From: a virus
Taxonomy: Duplodnaviria; Caudoviricetes
Length of the DNA: 64,000 nucleotides
IMG/VR virus record: IMGVR_UViG_3300036770_005357
Strand: one strand, 5' to 3'
The position numbers and the translations under genes are program-made. This document shows positions 50,489 through 57,560 of this stretch, piece after piece (the first letter of the stretch is position 1; each line of letters starts with the position of its first letter). The notes below the pieces were generated by a model. It saw nothing but the letters and a program-made list of their open reading frames with translations. It searched no databases and had not been told where the DNA came from.

Positions 50489-50707
50489 ATGTCACAAGTA
50501 AATTTTCACGATATCAAAGTTAATAATCATGAAATTACAATATGGGACGATAGATTCGTTGTATTAAGACATCCCGAAAAATGTGATATGTACGAAGATG
50601 AACACTGTAGAGAACACTTATTAAAGTATTTATCTGATGAAGGTTACATTATAAGTGATACAGGTGGTATAGTTGTTATAGATAGTTATATTGATTTTGA
50701 ACCGTAA
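50489..50707 (+). CDS. hypothetical protein
   Basis: 72 aa, TATTTAT 5 nt upstream. Confidence 0.7.
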   Translation: MSQVNFHDIKVNNHEITIWDDRFVVLRHPEKCDMYEDEHCREHLLKYLSDEGYIISDTGGIVVIDSYIDFEP

Positions 50708-50709
50708 AT

Positions 50710-51093
50710 TGGTGGACGTGGCGAGAGTTGAACTCGCGTCTTTAAAAGGTAACCTATACCAGACTACATGCTTATATATTTTAATATTGTTAGGAATAAT
50801 AATTAAAAATATCTAAAAATATTATTCTTAAGATTTATAAAAATTTGACCGTCAACATAAATCAAATTAACAGTCTCAATCTGATGGTTTACACCCAATA
50901 TCACTATCAGATATCATAATATTGAATGCGCTGCAACTCAGGCAGCTAGTGCTACGACATCATCATAAGAGAAGTCATAGCTGATTACATTATCTTCAGC
51001 AGTTAATGTTTTAATAGATGATTAAAGAGGCCAACTATTATCCTCTACATGCCTAATATAAGTGTACTTTTAAATCGATACCAGTACACGCCC
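50710..51093 (-). ncRNA. ssrA: tmRNA (one-piece, 384 nt); tag AEDNVISYDFSYDDVVALAA* at 51000..50938
   Basis: 5' GGGCGTG pairs with 3' CACGTCC-A-CCA (G3:U70). T-arm GCGAG-TTCAACT-CTCGC, GCATG start of helix 2/pk1, TAACT before the resume codon, tag ends ALAA-stop. Confidence 0.93.
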
Positions 51094-51102
51094 ATAAAAT
51101 TT

Positions 51103-51176
51103 TGGAGCGGGTAGCCGGAATCGAACCGGCACGTCGACCTTGGCAAGGTTGCAGGCTACCACTACATCATACCCGC
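51103..51176 (-). tRNA. trnG: tRNA-Gly(GCC)
   Basis: GCGGGTA...CCTT-GCC-AAGG...GGTTCGATTCC...TACCCGCTCCA. Confidence 0.93.
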
Positions 51177-51188
51177 GCTCTCTAAACT

Positions 51189-51264
51189 TGGTGGACCCGA
51201 CAGGATTCAAACCTGCGACCTATAGCTTGCAAAGCTACCGCTCTATCAACTGAGCTACGAGCCC
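51189..51264 (-). tRNA. trnA: tRNA-Ala(TGC)
   Basis: GGGCTCG-TAGCTCAG...TAGC-TTTGCAA-GCTA...CGGGTCCACCA, G3:U70. Confidence 0.93.
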
Positions 51265-51337
51265 GTACAAAAAATATATAGTATTCTACACCCACTAATT
51301 GATATTTATATATACATAAATTAAACAAAGGATAATT

Positions 51338-51490
51338 ATGATATTAACAATCGTATTAGTAATAGCAACAGCAGTAGGAGTATTCCTATTCGTAAAGAAT
51401 AACCCACTCAGAGCTAAGAAAATTGATGACGCCGCTAAAGAAGTCATCAAGGAAGTAGAAGAAAAAGTAGAAGAAATTATCAAAAAGTAA
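51338..51490 (+). CDS. 50-aa single-pass membrane protein
   Basis: Read manually: MILTIVLVIATAVGVFLFVKNNPLRAKKIDDAAKEVIKEVEEKVEEIIKK; AAGGA upstream, terminator downstream. Confidence 0.75.
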   Translation: MILTIVLVIATAVGVFLFVKNNPLRAKKIDDAAKEVIKEVEEKVEEIIKK

Positions 51491-51513
51491 TTATTCTCCT
51501 AACTTAAATCAAG

Positions 51514-51543
51514 CGCCGTACCTCATAAAGTACGGCGTTTTTT
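51514..51543 (+). terminator. intrinsic terminator
   Basis: CGCCGTAC-CTCATAAA-GTACGGCG followed by TTTTTT. Confidence 0.85.
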
Positions 51544-51545
51544 AT

Positions 51546-51640
51546 TGGATGACCGTGGGTTGCGAATATACGAGGATTTCACCTTTGTTCCAATGTCTAT
51601 CTAACGTCAACTTCACCCTTCTCCTCCTCCACGGGAGGTG
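51546..51640 (-). ncRNA. GC-rich putative structured RNA at the distal end of tRNA array A
   Basis: CCGTGG/CCACGG closing stem (51553-58/51629-34), GAGGA/TCCTC, T-loop-like AGGTGAAATCCT, ends TCCA. No ORF. Confidence 0.4.
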
Positions 51641-51734
51641 TTTTACAATTCTATATCACTAACGATCAAATCTTATTATCCCATTTACATATCGTAGTGT
51701 CCGACACTACAATCGGTAAACGATATTTTAAAAT

Positions 51735-51808
51735 TGGCAGGGGATGGTGGAATCGAACCACCACTAGTTGATCCAAAGTCAACTGCACTACCATTATGCA
51801 AATCCCCA
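51735..51808 (-). tRNA. trnQ: tRNA-Gln(TTG)
   Basis: GTTGA-CTTTGGA-TCAAC; GGTTCGATTCC; CCA encoded. Confidence 0.92.
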
Positions 51809-51818
51809 ATTGAAAGTG

Positions 51819-51889
51819 AGCGGGTAGCGGGAATTGCACCCGCACATAGGCTTTGGAAGAGCCTCAGGCTACTATTACATCATACCCGC
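51819..51889 (-). tRNA. trnG: tRNA-Gly(TCC), CCA not encoded
   Basis: AGGCT-CTTCCAA-AGCCT; T-loop TGCAATT. Confidence 0.88.
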
Positions 51890-51895
51890 AAAAAT

Positions 51896-52384
51896 TTAAA
51901 TTATTTTTAATTCACAATCACTAATTTTTTCAAATTTAATTAATCTAGCATGATACTCACCGTGATGATTCGGACATATTGCAAACATGTTTCCAACTTC
52001 ATACTTTCCACCGTCTTTTCCTTCAATAAAACGATGAACGTTATAAACTTTATTATAAGTACATCCATTTACCATGCAATGATTAAAGTTAAATTTATCT
52101 TTGAGTAATTTCAATCTATATTGAGTTTTTGATCTAAATTTATCTTTTGAATATGGTCCTCTTAGATTTGATGCTGCACAAACATTACTACAAAATTTTT
52201 GTGCAAATCGTTCCGGTAAAAATGATTTATTACAAAATTTACAATTTATAACAACTCGTTTAGTGATTGTATTGAAATAACATTTACGACAACAATATTT
52301 CTTTTTTTCAACCGGTCTTTTATATAAAATATTGTTACAATTTATATTGTCACACTTATGATTAGGAGTTCTATTTAATGTCAT
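51896..52384 (-). CDS. HNH endonuclease with zinc-finger repeats, inside the tRNA array
   Basis: YCCRKC, CKFC, FCSNVC; HRF...GG...NMFAICPNHH. ATG 52384 follows TATTTAT. Confidence 0.85.
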   Translation of the reverse strand: MTLNRTPNHKCDNINCNNILYKRPVEKKKYCCRKCYFNTITKRVVINCKFCNKSFLPERFAQKFCSNVCAASNLRGPYSKDKFRSKTQYRLKLLKDKFNFNHCMVNGCTYNKVYNVHRFIEGKDGGKYEVGNMFAICPNHHGEYHARLIKFEKISDCELKII

Positions 52385-52435
52385 ATAGATAAATATGCTT
52401 ACGCTCATTAAACCACTCTATTATTTTAATAAAAA

Positions 52436-52528
52436 TGGCGGAAGCGAAGGGTGCTGCCCCCTCAGTGGCTTTTAAACCACGGCAGTTTAGCAAACTGCTG
52501 TAGAAACCTGACTATCTACGTCACTTCC
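52436..52528 (-). tRNA. trnS: tRNA-Ser(GCT)
   Basis: GCAGT-TTGCTAA-ACTGC, long variable arm GTGG/CCAC, atypical T-loop GGCAGCA. Confidence 0.88.
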
Positions 52529-52613
52529 ATAAAATTATTTAAAGCATCTCCGATTTCTTCAAGGGACGAACATTATCAGTCCTCGGTTCTAAGCTCGTAG
52601 AGTTGTATTGAAA

Positions 52614-52704
52614 TGGTGGTGAGAGAGGGATTCGAACCCCCGGAGGCTTTTAAACCTCGTCTGATTTCAAGTCAGGTGCCTTAAACCAACTCAGCCACCT
52701 CACC
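52614..52704 (-). tRNA. trnS: tRNA-Ser(TGA)
   Basis: CTGA-CTTGAAA-TCAG, long variable arm, GGTTCGAATCC, CCA. Confidence 0.92.
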
Positions 52705-52710
52705 TCAAAT

Positions 52711-52795
52711 TGGTGGGCATAGAGGGACTTGAACCCCCACAGAGTAATCCACAAGAACCTAAATCTTGCGCGTCTGCCAATTTCGCCATATGCCC
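52711..52795 (-). tRNA. trnL: tRNA-Leu(TAG)
   Basis: TGGCGAAATTGGCAGACGC; CAAGA-TTTAGGT-TCTTG; CCA. Confidence 0.93.
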
Positions 52796-52800
52796 GAAAA

Positions 52801-52879
52801 TGGTCGGAGTAGTTGGATTTGAACCAACGAAATTGTCCAGTTCCCAAAACTGGCCGGGTGACCGCTCCCGAATACTCCG
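52801..52879 (-). tRNA. trnP: tRNA-Pro(TGG)
   Basis: CGGAGTA/TACTCCG; CCAGT-TTTGGGA-ACTGG; atypical D-arm. Confidence 0.88.
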
Positions 52880-52888
52880 ATTAAAATT

Positions 52889-53584
52889 TTAAAAATCTAT
52901 TGAATAATATTTACACCATTTTCTGATTGCGTTATCTGACACGCCATATTTTTTACCCAACGATAAAAATGTATTATTTTTTATTTCTTGTTCTAATATT
53001 TCTTTAGAAGGTCTCTCTACTTTTCTTAATTTTTTCATAGAACATATTCTACATACATTAGTATAACCACTAGTTTCTAACTTACATTCTATACAATTAT
53101 ATTTTTTAGTTTTTTTAGATTTTCCACAATACGTGTCTGTTTGTGAGTGACAATTTGGACATAACAATCTTAAATTAGATAAAGTGTTATTAACATGATC
53201 ACCGTCAATGTGATCTAATTGTAATTTTATTGGTTTATTATTCCATATATCTCTTATATTACATTCAGCACATTTATTTTCTACTAAATTAAATTTTATT
53301 AATTTATTTTTTAACCAAACTGTTTCTATGTCGGAATTTTCTTTCAATCTAAGTAATAACTCATCTTTAGAAATTGTATTAGCATTTTTAATTGAAAAAA
53401 TTTCGTTCTTAGAAAGAAAATGTGATGTATCAATTTTTTCAATTTGTATTCTTCGTTTTATTGTTCTATAATTTCCGCCTTCTTTTCTCATGTTCAATGT
53501 TTTACAAACATCGGACATACAACTATTACTTTTAATAATTTTTTCAAAATCTTCTTTTGAAATATTCCAAATTTTACTTTTCAT
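52889..53584 (-). CDS. HNH endonuclease inside the tRNA array
   Basis: CAEC...LQLDHIDGDHVNNTLSNLRLLCPNCHSQT; C-terminal HTH-like LGKKYGVSDNAIRKW. Confidence 0.93.
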   Translation of the reverse strand: MKSKIWNISKEDFEKIIKSNSCMSDVCKTLNMRKEGGNYRTIKRRIQIEKIDTSHFLSKNEIFSIKNANTISKDELLLRLKENSDIETVWLKNKLIKFNLVENKCAECNIRDIWNNKPIKLQLDHIDGDHVNNTLSNLRLLCPNCHSQTDTYCGKSKKTKKYNCIECKLETSGYTNVCRICSMKKLRKVERPSKEILEQEIKNNTFLSLGKKYGVSDNAIRKWCKYYSIDF

Positions 53585-53652
53585 AGTACAATATCATATC
53601 TTTGGTAATAAATAGATAAGAGTTCAACTGAACGCTTATTTTTTATTAAAAA

Positions 53653-53728
53653 TGGTGGGCGAGGAGGGACTTGAACCCCCGATAGGCACAGTGTAAGTGT
53701 GCTACTTTAGCCACTAAGTTACTCGCCC
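53653..53728 (-). tRNA. trnV: tRNA-Val(TAC)
   Basis: GCACA-CTTACAC-TGTGC; GGTTCAAGTCC; CCA. Confidence 0.92.
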
Positions 53729-53742
53729 GTAAAAATTACTAT

Positions 53743-53832
53743 TTCCGTCATCGCCATTTGGGTTCTGCACAAAGCATATCACCCAGTGACCGATCAAGTG
53801 TTTAAGGGCACACCAGATAGAGTTTCAAGCCC
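53743..53832 (-). ncRNA. conserved structured RNA, copy A (leader of tRNA array A)
   Basis: 48/58 and 16/18 nt identity blocks with 62868..62988, with compensatory base changes. Confidence 0.7.
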
Positions 53833-53849
53833 GTCGTCATTATGTACTA

Positions 53850-53877
53850 ACTATACCACTAAATTTAATACTGTCAA
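53850..53877 (-). promoter_or_regulatory. sigma70-type promoter of tRNA array A
   Basis: TTGACA-16 nt-TATAGT with extended -10 TG. Confidence 0.75.
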
Positions 53878-53890
53878 CTATCAAATCAAA

Positions 53891-53920
53891 AACCCACCAT
53901 CTTTTTCAGATTGGTGGGTT
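53891..53920. terminator. intrinsic terminator
   Basis: AACCCACCA...TGGTGGGTT flanked by A/T runs. Confidence 0.85.
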
Positions 53921-53937
53921 ATTTTTTAAGCAACAAA

Positions 53938-53985
53938 CAACCATGCCAATCATGTACCTTGTGGTACTTGACTACTCGATGGTTG
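53938..53985 (-). ncRNA. long imperfect hairpin in its own promoter-terminator unit (A)
   Basis: CAACCAT/ATGGTTG, AGTCA/TGATT and GTACC/GGTAC nested stems. Confidence 0.45.
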
Positions 53986-54052
53986 TGAAACTGTGTTTAA
54001 CATACAACAATATATATCATAAAGATTCTCAAATGTCAGATAAAAAAATAAA

Positions 54053-54074
54053 CCCGCTGGATTTCTCCAACGGG
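54053..54074 (-). terminator. intrinsic terminator after outer-membrane protein gene
   Basis: Minus strand CCCG-T-TGG...CCA-G-CGGG followed by TTTATTTTTTT. Confidence 0.75.
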
Positions 54075-54100
54075 CTTATTATAATTTAATCTAATTTAGA

Positions 54101-54814
54101 TTAGAATGTGAACTTAGCACCAGCGCTATAAACAACGGTGTTCTTGAATTGCTTAACGCCGAGGTTAGCACTCTTTACAACATCAAAGTTGTTATCATAC
54201 CAACCTACATCAACATATGGTGTAACGACACCAATTGGAGTGTTGATTGGACGAGTCAAGGTACCATGTACATTGACAGCATCATACGAGGTCATACGAC
54301 CCCATTCAACCGCTGGTGTAATGACAAATCCGAGGAACAATTTTTGTTCACGGGAAGCACCAACGAAATAACCACTTTGTTGAGTTTCTTGGAAGAAAGC
54401 GCCGCGGATATATGGAGTTACATATGGATTCTCAAGAGACAACTTAGCACCGAGTTCAGTTGAACTTTGAAGTGTTCCGGCTGTGATTTGATGACGAGTT
54501 GCGGTTACATCGCCACGAAGGGCGAAATCACCATAAACCTTAATGCTCTTACCGAGGCCGAGGGTCCAATGAGTTTGGTTTCTTCCTTCATCAGATAAAA
54601 ATACGCCTCCGATGTAAGCGTCTACATACTTGAATGATTTGCTAACACCAAGTGCTCCGTATGGAGTGGCAAGAGTGTAAGCAACGCCATCAACTACATA
54701 GTAGTTGTTATAACCACCATCTAGTGTAAGACTAATTGGTGAGCCAGCATCAGCAGCCGAAAGGCCAAATACTGATACCAACAATGCTGTTAATACTGAT
54801 AATAGTTTCTTCAT
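54101..54814 (-). CDS. outer-membrane beta-barrel protein with signal peptide
   Basis: Signal peptide MKKLLSVLTALLVSVFGLSA; alternating aromatic beta-strands; BamA-type C-terminal YSAGAKFTF. Confidence 0.85.
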   Translation of the reverse strand: MKKLLSVLTALLVSVFGLSAADAGSPISLTLDGGYNNYYVVDGVAYTLATPYGALGVSKSFKYVDAYIGGVFLSDEGRNQTHWTLGLGKSIKVYGDFALRGDVTATRHQITAGTLQSSTELGAKLSLENPYVTPYIRGAFFQETQQSGYFVGASREQKLFLGFVITPAVEWGRMTSYDAVNVHGTLTRPINTPIGVVTPYVDVGWYDNNFDVVKSANLGVKQFKNTVVYSAGAKFTF

Positions 54815-54912
54815 AATATTAATATTTCCTTTTTGTTTTGTTTATAATGTGACACCGGCCACATTTTTAGGAGTAATCCTAAATCTTATTATATATATTT
54901 TTTATAAAACTG

Positions 54913-55233
54913 TTAAAATTTATTTAATTTCTTGAGTCTCTTACTAAGCGCTCTATCTTTCTCTGGTAGATAGACATATGAAGCTTTAAAATTTTCTTCA
55001 TTTTCTGTTAGAACGCTGATGGTATCTTCAGTTACATCTAAAACTTTACCAATGGCATTCTTAATAAATCTAAAACTATTGACGCCTTCAATGTCAATAC
55101 AGATACCATAAGACATATCTCTATATTGTACATCAGCGACTCCATAATGAGTTTTCAACATAGTTTTAATTTGGTTCTTTTTATCTTCGTTTAGAACCAT
55201 ATTAGCCATTTCTAACTTTGTTAATGTATTCAT
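54913..55233 (-). CDS. hypothetical protein
   Basis: 106 aa with its own sigma70-like promoter. Confidence 0.75.
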   Translation of the reverse strand: MNTLTKLEMANMVLNEDKKNQIKTMLKTHYGVADVQYRDMSYGICIDIEGVNSFRFIKNAIGKVLDVTEDTISVLTENEENFKASYVYLPEKDRALSKRLKKLNKF

Positions 55234-55241
55234 ATTTTATT

Positions 55242-55269
55242 ATTATATTTGTAATTTAATTTATGTCAA
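55242..55269 (-). promoter_or_regulatory. sigma70-type promoter
   Basis: TTGACA-16 nt-TATAAT, ending 8 nt before the ATG at 55233. Confidence 0.75.
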
Positions 55270-55277
55270 TAAAAAAC

Positions 55278-55308
55278 GAAACGATTAACGGGTTAAATTA
55301 ATCGTTTC
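55278..55308 (-). terminator. intrinsic terminator
   Basis: GAAACGATTAA...TTAATCGTTTC followed by GTTTTTT on the minus strand. Confidence 0.75.
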
Positions 55309-55334
55309 AATTTGCGTAAGTTGTTGTTAATTAA

Positions 55335-56534
55335 TTACTTATTTTTCTTTAATGCTTTTAATTTCTTCTTCAATTCGTCTGGTTTATTTACGGCTAACCA
55401 TCTAGCATAATCTTCTTTTTCTCTACGATCTAATTCATTATCTCTATAAATTTTTGCATTTTGTTTCACAATATCTCTGAATGGATCACCACTTTCTTTT
55501 TTTATTGGAATATTTTTACCGGTCAAATCTAATATCTCATTTGGAATATTAGTAGTAACAATCTTCCTTTCAATACTTAATATCTCCAACTCTTCAGGTG
55601 TCAAATTTCTTAAAATTGACTTTACATCTTCATCGTCACGATTGCTGCTTGGCTTATTTACTGTATTTAAAATATAATTGAATGGAGTACTTGTCTTGTA
55701 TACTACATCAGCAGTTCTTTCACTGCCTGATTTTGAAGCACCTTTATATAATAATAGTGTAGTACCTTCACGACCACCGCCAGTAAATACTTGAACAGTA
55801 GCCGCTGGATAATTACCTTCTAAATCGTAAGCATCCAATTCTTCTTTAATCAGTTGTTTAATTAATTGTTTAAGTTTTGTTTCGTTCATAGAAATTCTAT
55901 CTTTGAGTTTATTAAAATTCTTTTCAACTGATTGCCATCTTTGTTTATCTTTATCACTGTCATCGGGACTTGGCAACACATCTTGTAAAGTCAATGGACT
56001 ATTATGAAAATCACTTACTAACTTTTCCATATCATCCATCATTTTTCTATAATCACCCAATGTTGGATCAGCCGACATTACATCATCTTTTTCTTTAGTT
56101 GCTTTTTCAATTGCAGATTGATCGCCTGTCTTTTTAGCATTTAAATATGATTTGAATGTAAGCGATCTCTTTTGTTGCCAATCCTTATATTCAGGTTTGG
56201 AATAGTGTTCTTTGTCCCAAGCATCTCGTTGTCTATTTATTACATCAAGCTTACGAAAATTGATGAAACTAGTAACCGAATCCATCAAATTACTTAATAA
56301 CACTTGTAGATCTTGATCATCAACACTTCCACCGATTGGATACTTGTTCATCACATGTAACCTAGAAAAACTAGTAGCATTCAACAAATTTTTTAACTTC
56401 TTTCCAACCAACTTCTTCATAAAGTCTTCTACACTATTGGTAGATTGTGCAATTTGTTGGAACGGAACCAATGCCTGTTCATTGGATTCTTTAATGGTTT
56501 CTAATATCAGCTTTTTAAAATCTCTAAGTTTCAT
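55335..56534 (-). CDS. hypothetical protein with two 'L..LI.E' leader-like helices
   Basis: MKLRDFKKLILETIKES and internal MNETKLKQLIKQLIKEEL. Confidence 0.75.
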   Translation of the reverse strand: MKLRDFKKLILETIKESNEQALVPFQQIAQSTNSVEDFMKKLVGKKLKNLLNATSFSRLHVMNKYPIGGSVDDQDLQVLLSNLMDSVTSFINFRKLDVINRQRDAWDKEHYSKPEYKDWQQKRSLTFKSYLNAKKTGDQSAIEKATKEKDDVMSADPTLGDYRKMMDDMEKLVSDFHNSPLTLQDVLPSPDDSDKDKQRWQSVEKNFNKLKDRISMNETKLKQLIKQLIKEELDAYDLEGNYPAATVQVFTGGGREGTTLLLYKGASKSGSERTADVVYKTSTPFNYILNTVNKPSSNRDDEDVKSILRNLTPEELEILSIERKIVTTNIPNEILDLTGKNIPIKKESGDPFRDIVKQNAKIYRDNELDRREKEDYARWLAVNKPDELKKKLKALKKNK

Positions 56535-56553
56535 ACCCTAATAAATATAAAAA

Positions 56554-56775
56554 CTATAGGGTTATTTCAGCAGATATTACATCATCATCAGAAAATCCAC
56601 CTATCTTAATAGATTTACCGTTACTTAAGTGTATTACTAATATTTGTAAATCACCGGTACTATTCTTAAGTGACTCAACCCTAAGCACTTGATTATCATT
56701 TAATTCATTCTTAATATCATCGCCTATAGAATCGGATTCAGCAAGTGTTCTTCTCAATGGATTTAATCGTATCAT
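56554..56775 (-). CDS. hypothetical protein
   Basis: 73 aa, TATTTAT 4 nt upstream. Confidence 0.7.
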   Translation of the reverse strand: MIRLNPLRRTLAESDSIGDDIKNELNDNQVLRVESLKNSTGDLQILVIHLSNGKSIKIGGFSDDDVISAEITL

Positions 56776-56814
56776 ATTAATAAATATTCAAAGTTAGTTA
56801 TATTTATAGATTAA

Positions 56815-57555
56815 ATGGCATTGGTAAACTATACATATCTTTTAGATCAAAACAACTTAATTAGTTGGTTAACTTCTATTTCCGAGACCGATCCTAATCC
56901 AACAATAAGAACTGCTGCCAAAAAAATAGCATTTAATGTAAGTGGAAATAAAATAATAGAAAGTTGGTATTATTATAACGAACTTTATAAAAAATATCAA
57001 TTTAAATTAGTAACCATAAATACCATAAACGGATTTAATGTAGTACTTTATTCTTATACAAATCAAGGTGAAAAATTTATAGGCAGTGTTAAAAAATATG
57101 TTCCAGCGAAACCTATACAAGTAAAAAGTTTATCTGTTCCAATTGTTGATGAAATTGGTACAACATATGATAGAACTCCTTCTATATCAGGATTTTCAGA
57201 CGCCAATCTACAAATTTACATTTACGACGGTGGTCAATTACTTGGTCAAACTACATCTAACGAACTTGGTGAATGGGAATTTACCGTAACAACGAATCTA
57301 TCATTCGGAAATCATTCAATAACTGCCGTAGCTTCAAACGGAACGGAATTCAGCAATTCCAGTAAAGTTGTAAATTTTACAATACTTGAAATAACCGTTC
57401 CCACTGTAACATTCACATCACCTACAGATGACACGACACCTACAATTACAGGTACAGCGCCTGCTTTAAGCACAGTCACGGTTTATAATAATGAAAGTCC
57501 GATAGGTACAACAACCGCTGATAGCGAAGGTAATTGGTCATTTACATTAACTTAA
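56815..57555 (+). CDS. protein with one complete and one half bacterial Ig-like domain
   Basis: DRTPSISG...GEWEFTV...GNHSITAVA (complete), then DTTPTITGTA...GNWSFTLT* (half). Confidence 0.85.
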   Translation: MALVNYTYLLDQNNLISWLTSISETDPNPTIRTAAKKIAFNVSGNKIIESWYYYNELYKKYQFKLVTINTINGFNVVLYSYTNQGEKFIGSVKKYVPAKPIQVKSLSVPIVDEIGTTYDRTPSISGFSDANLQIYIYDGGQLLGQTTSNELGEWEFTVTTNLSFGNHSITAVASNGTEFSNSSKVVNFTILEITVPTVTFTSPTDDTTPTITGTAPALSTVTVYNNESPIGTTTADSEGNWSFTLT

Positions 57556-57560
57556 AAAAC

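Noticed and set aside
52550-52586. Small stem-loop (CCGA/TCGG, GGAC/GTCC) between the two tRNA-Ser genes, considered as a theta or hammerhead ribozyme
   Set aside because: Not adjacent to the tRNA 3' end, lacks HDV P1.1/P3 topology, and CTGATAA does not match the hammerhead core. Too little support to report as an RNA gene.
52614-52795. Suppressor tRNAs or stop-codon recoding (anticodons TGA and TAG)
   Set aside because: These anticodons read TCA (Ser) and CTA (Leu). Long ORFs are intact in code 11, and TGA and TAG are used as ordinary stops (11204, 59411).
53743-53832. Hammerhead ribozyme reading of the duplicated leader RNA (GAAAC...GUC...GAUGA)
   Set aside because: The core would be GGCGAUGA rather than CUGANGA, and no stem II can be formed. 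Kept only as an assay to run.
53951-54003. Leader peptides MLNTVSQPSSSQVPQGT and (63091..63168) MNNYYTDNIKWHTFTNCKCGVGDIV
   Set aside because: Unrelated to each other, without RBS or attenuator codon runs. The hairpin structures explain the regions better.
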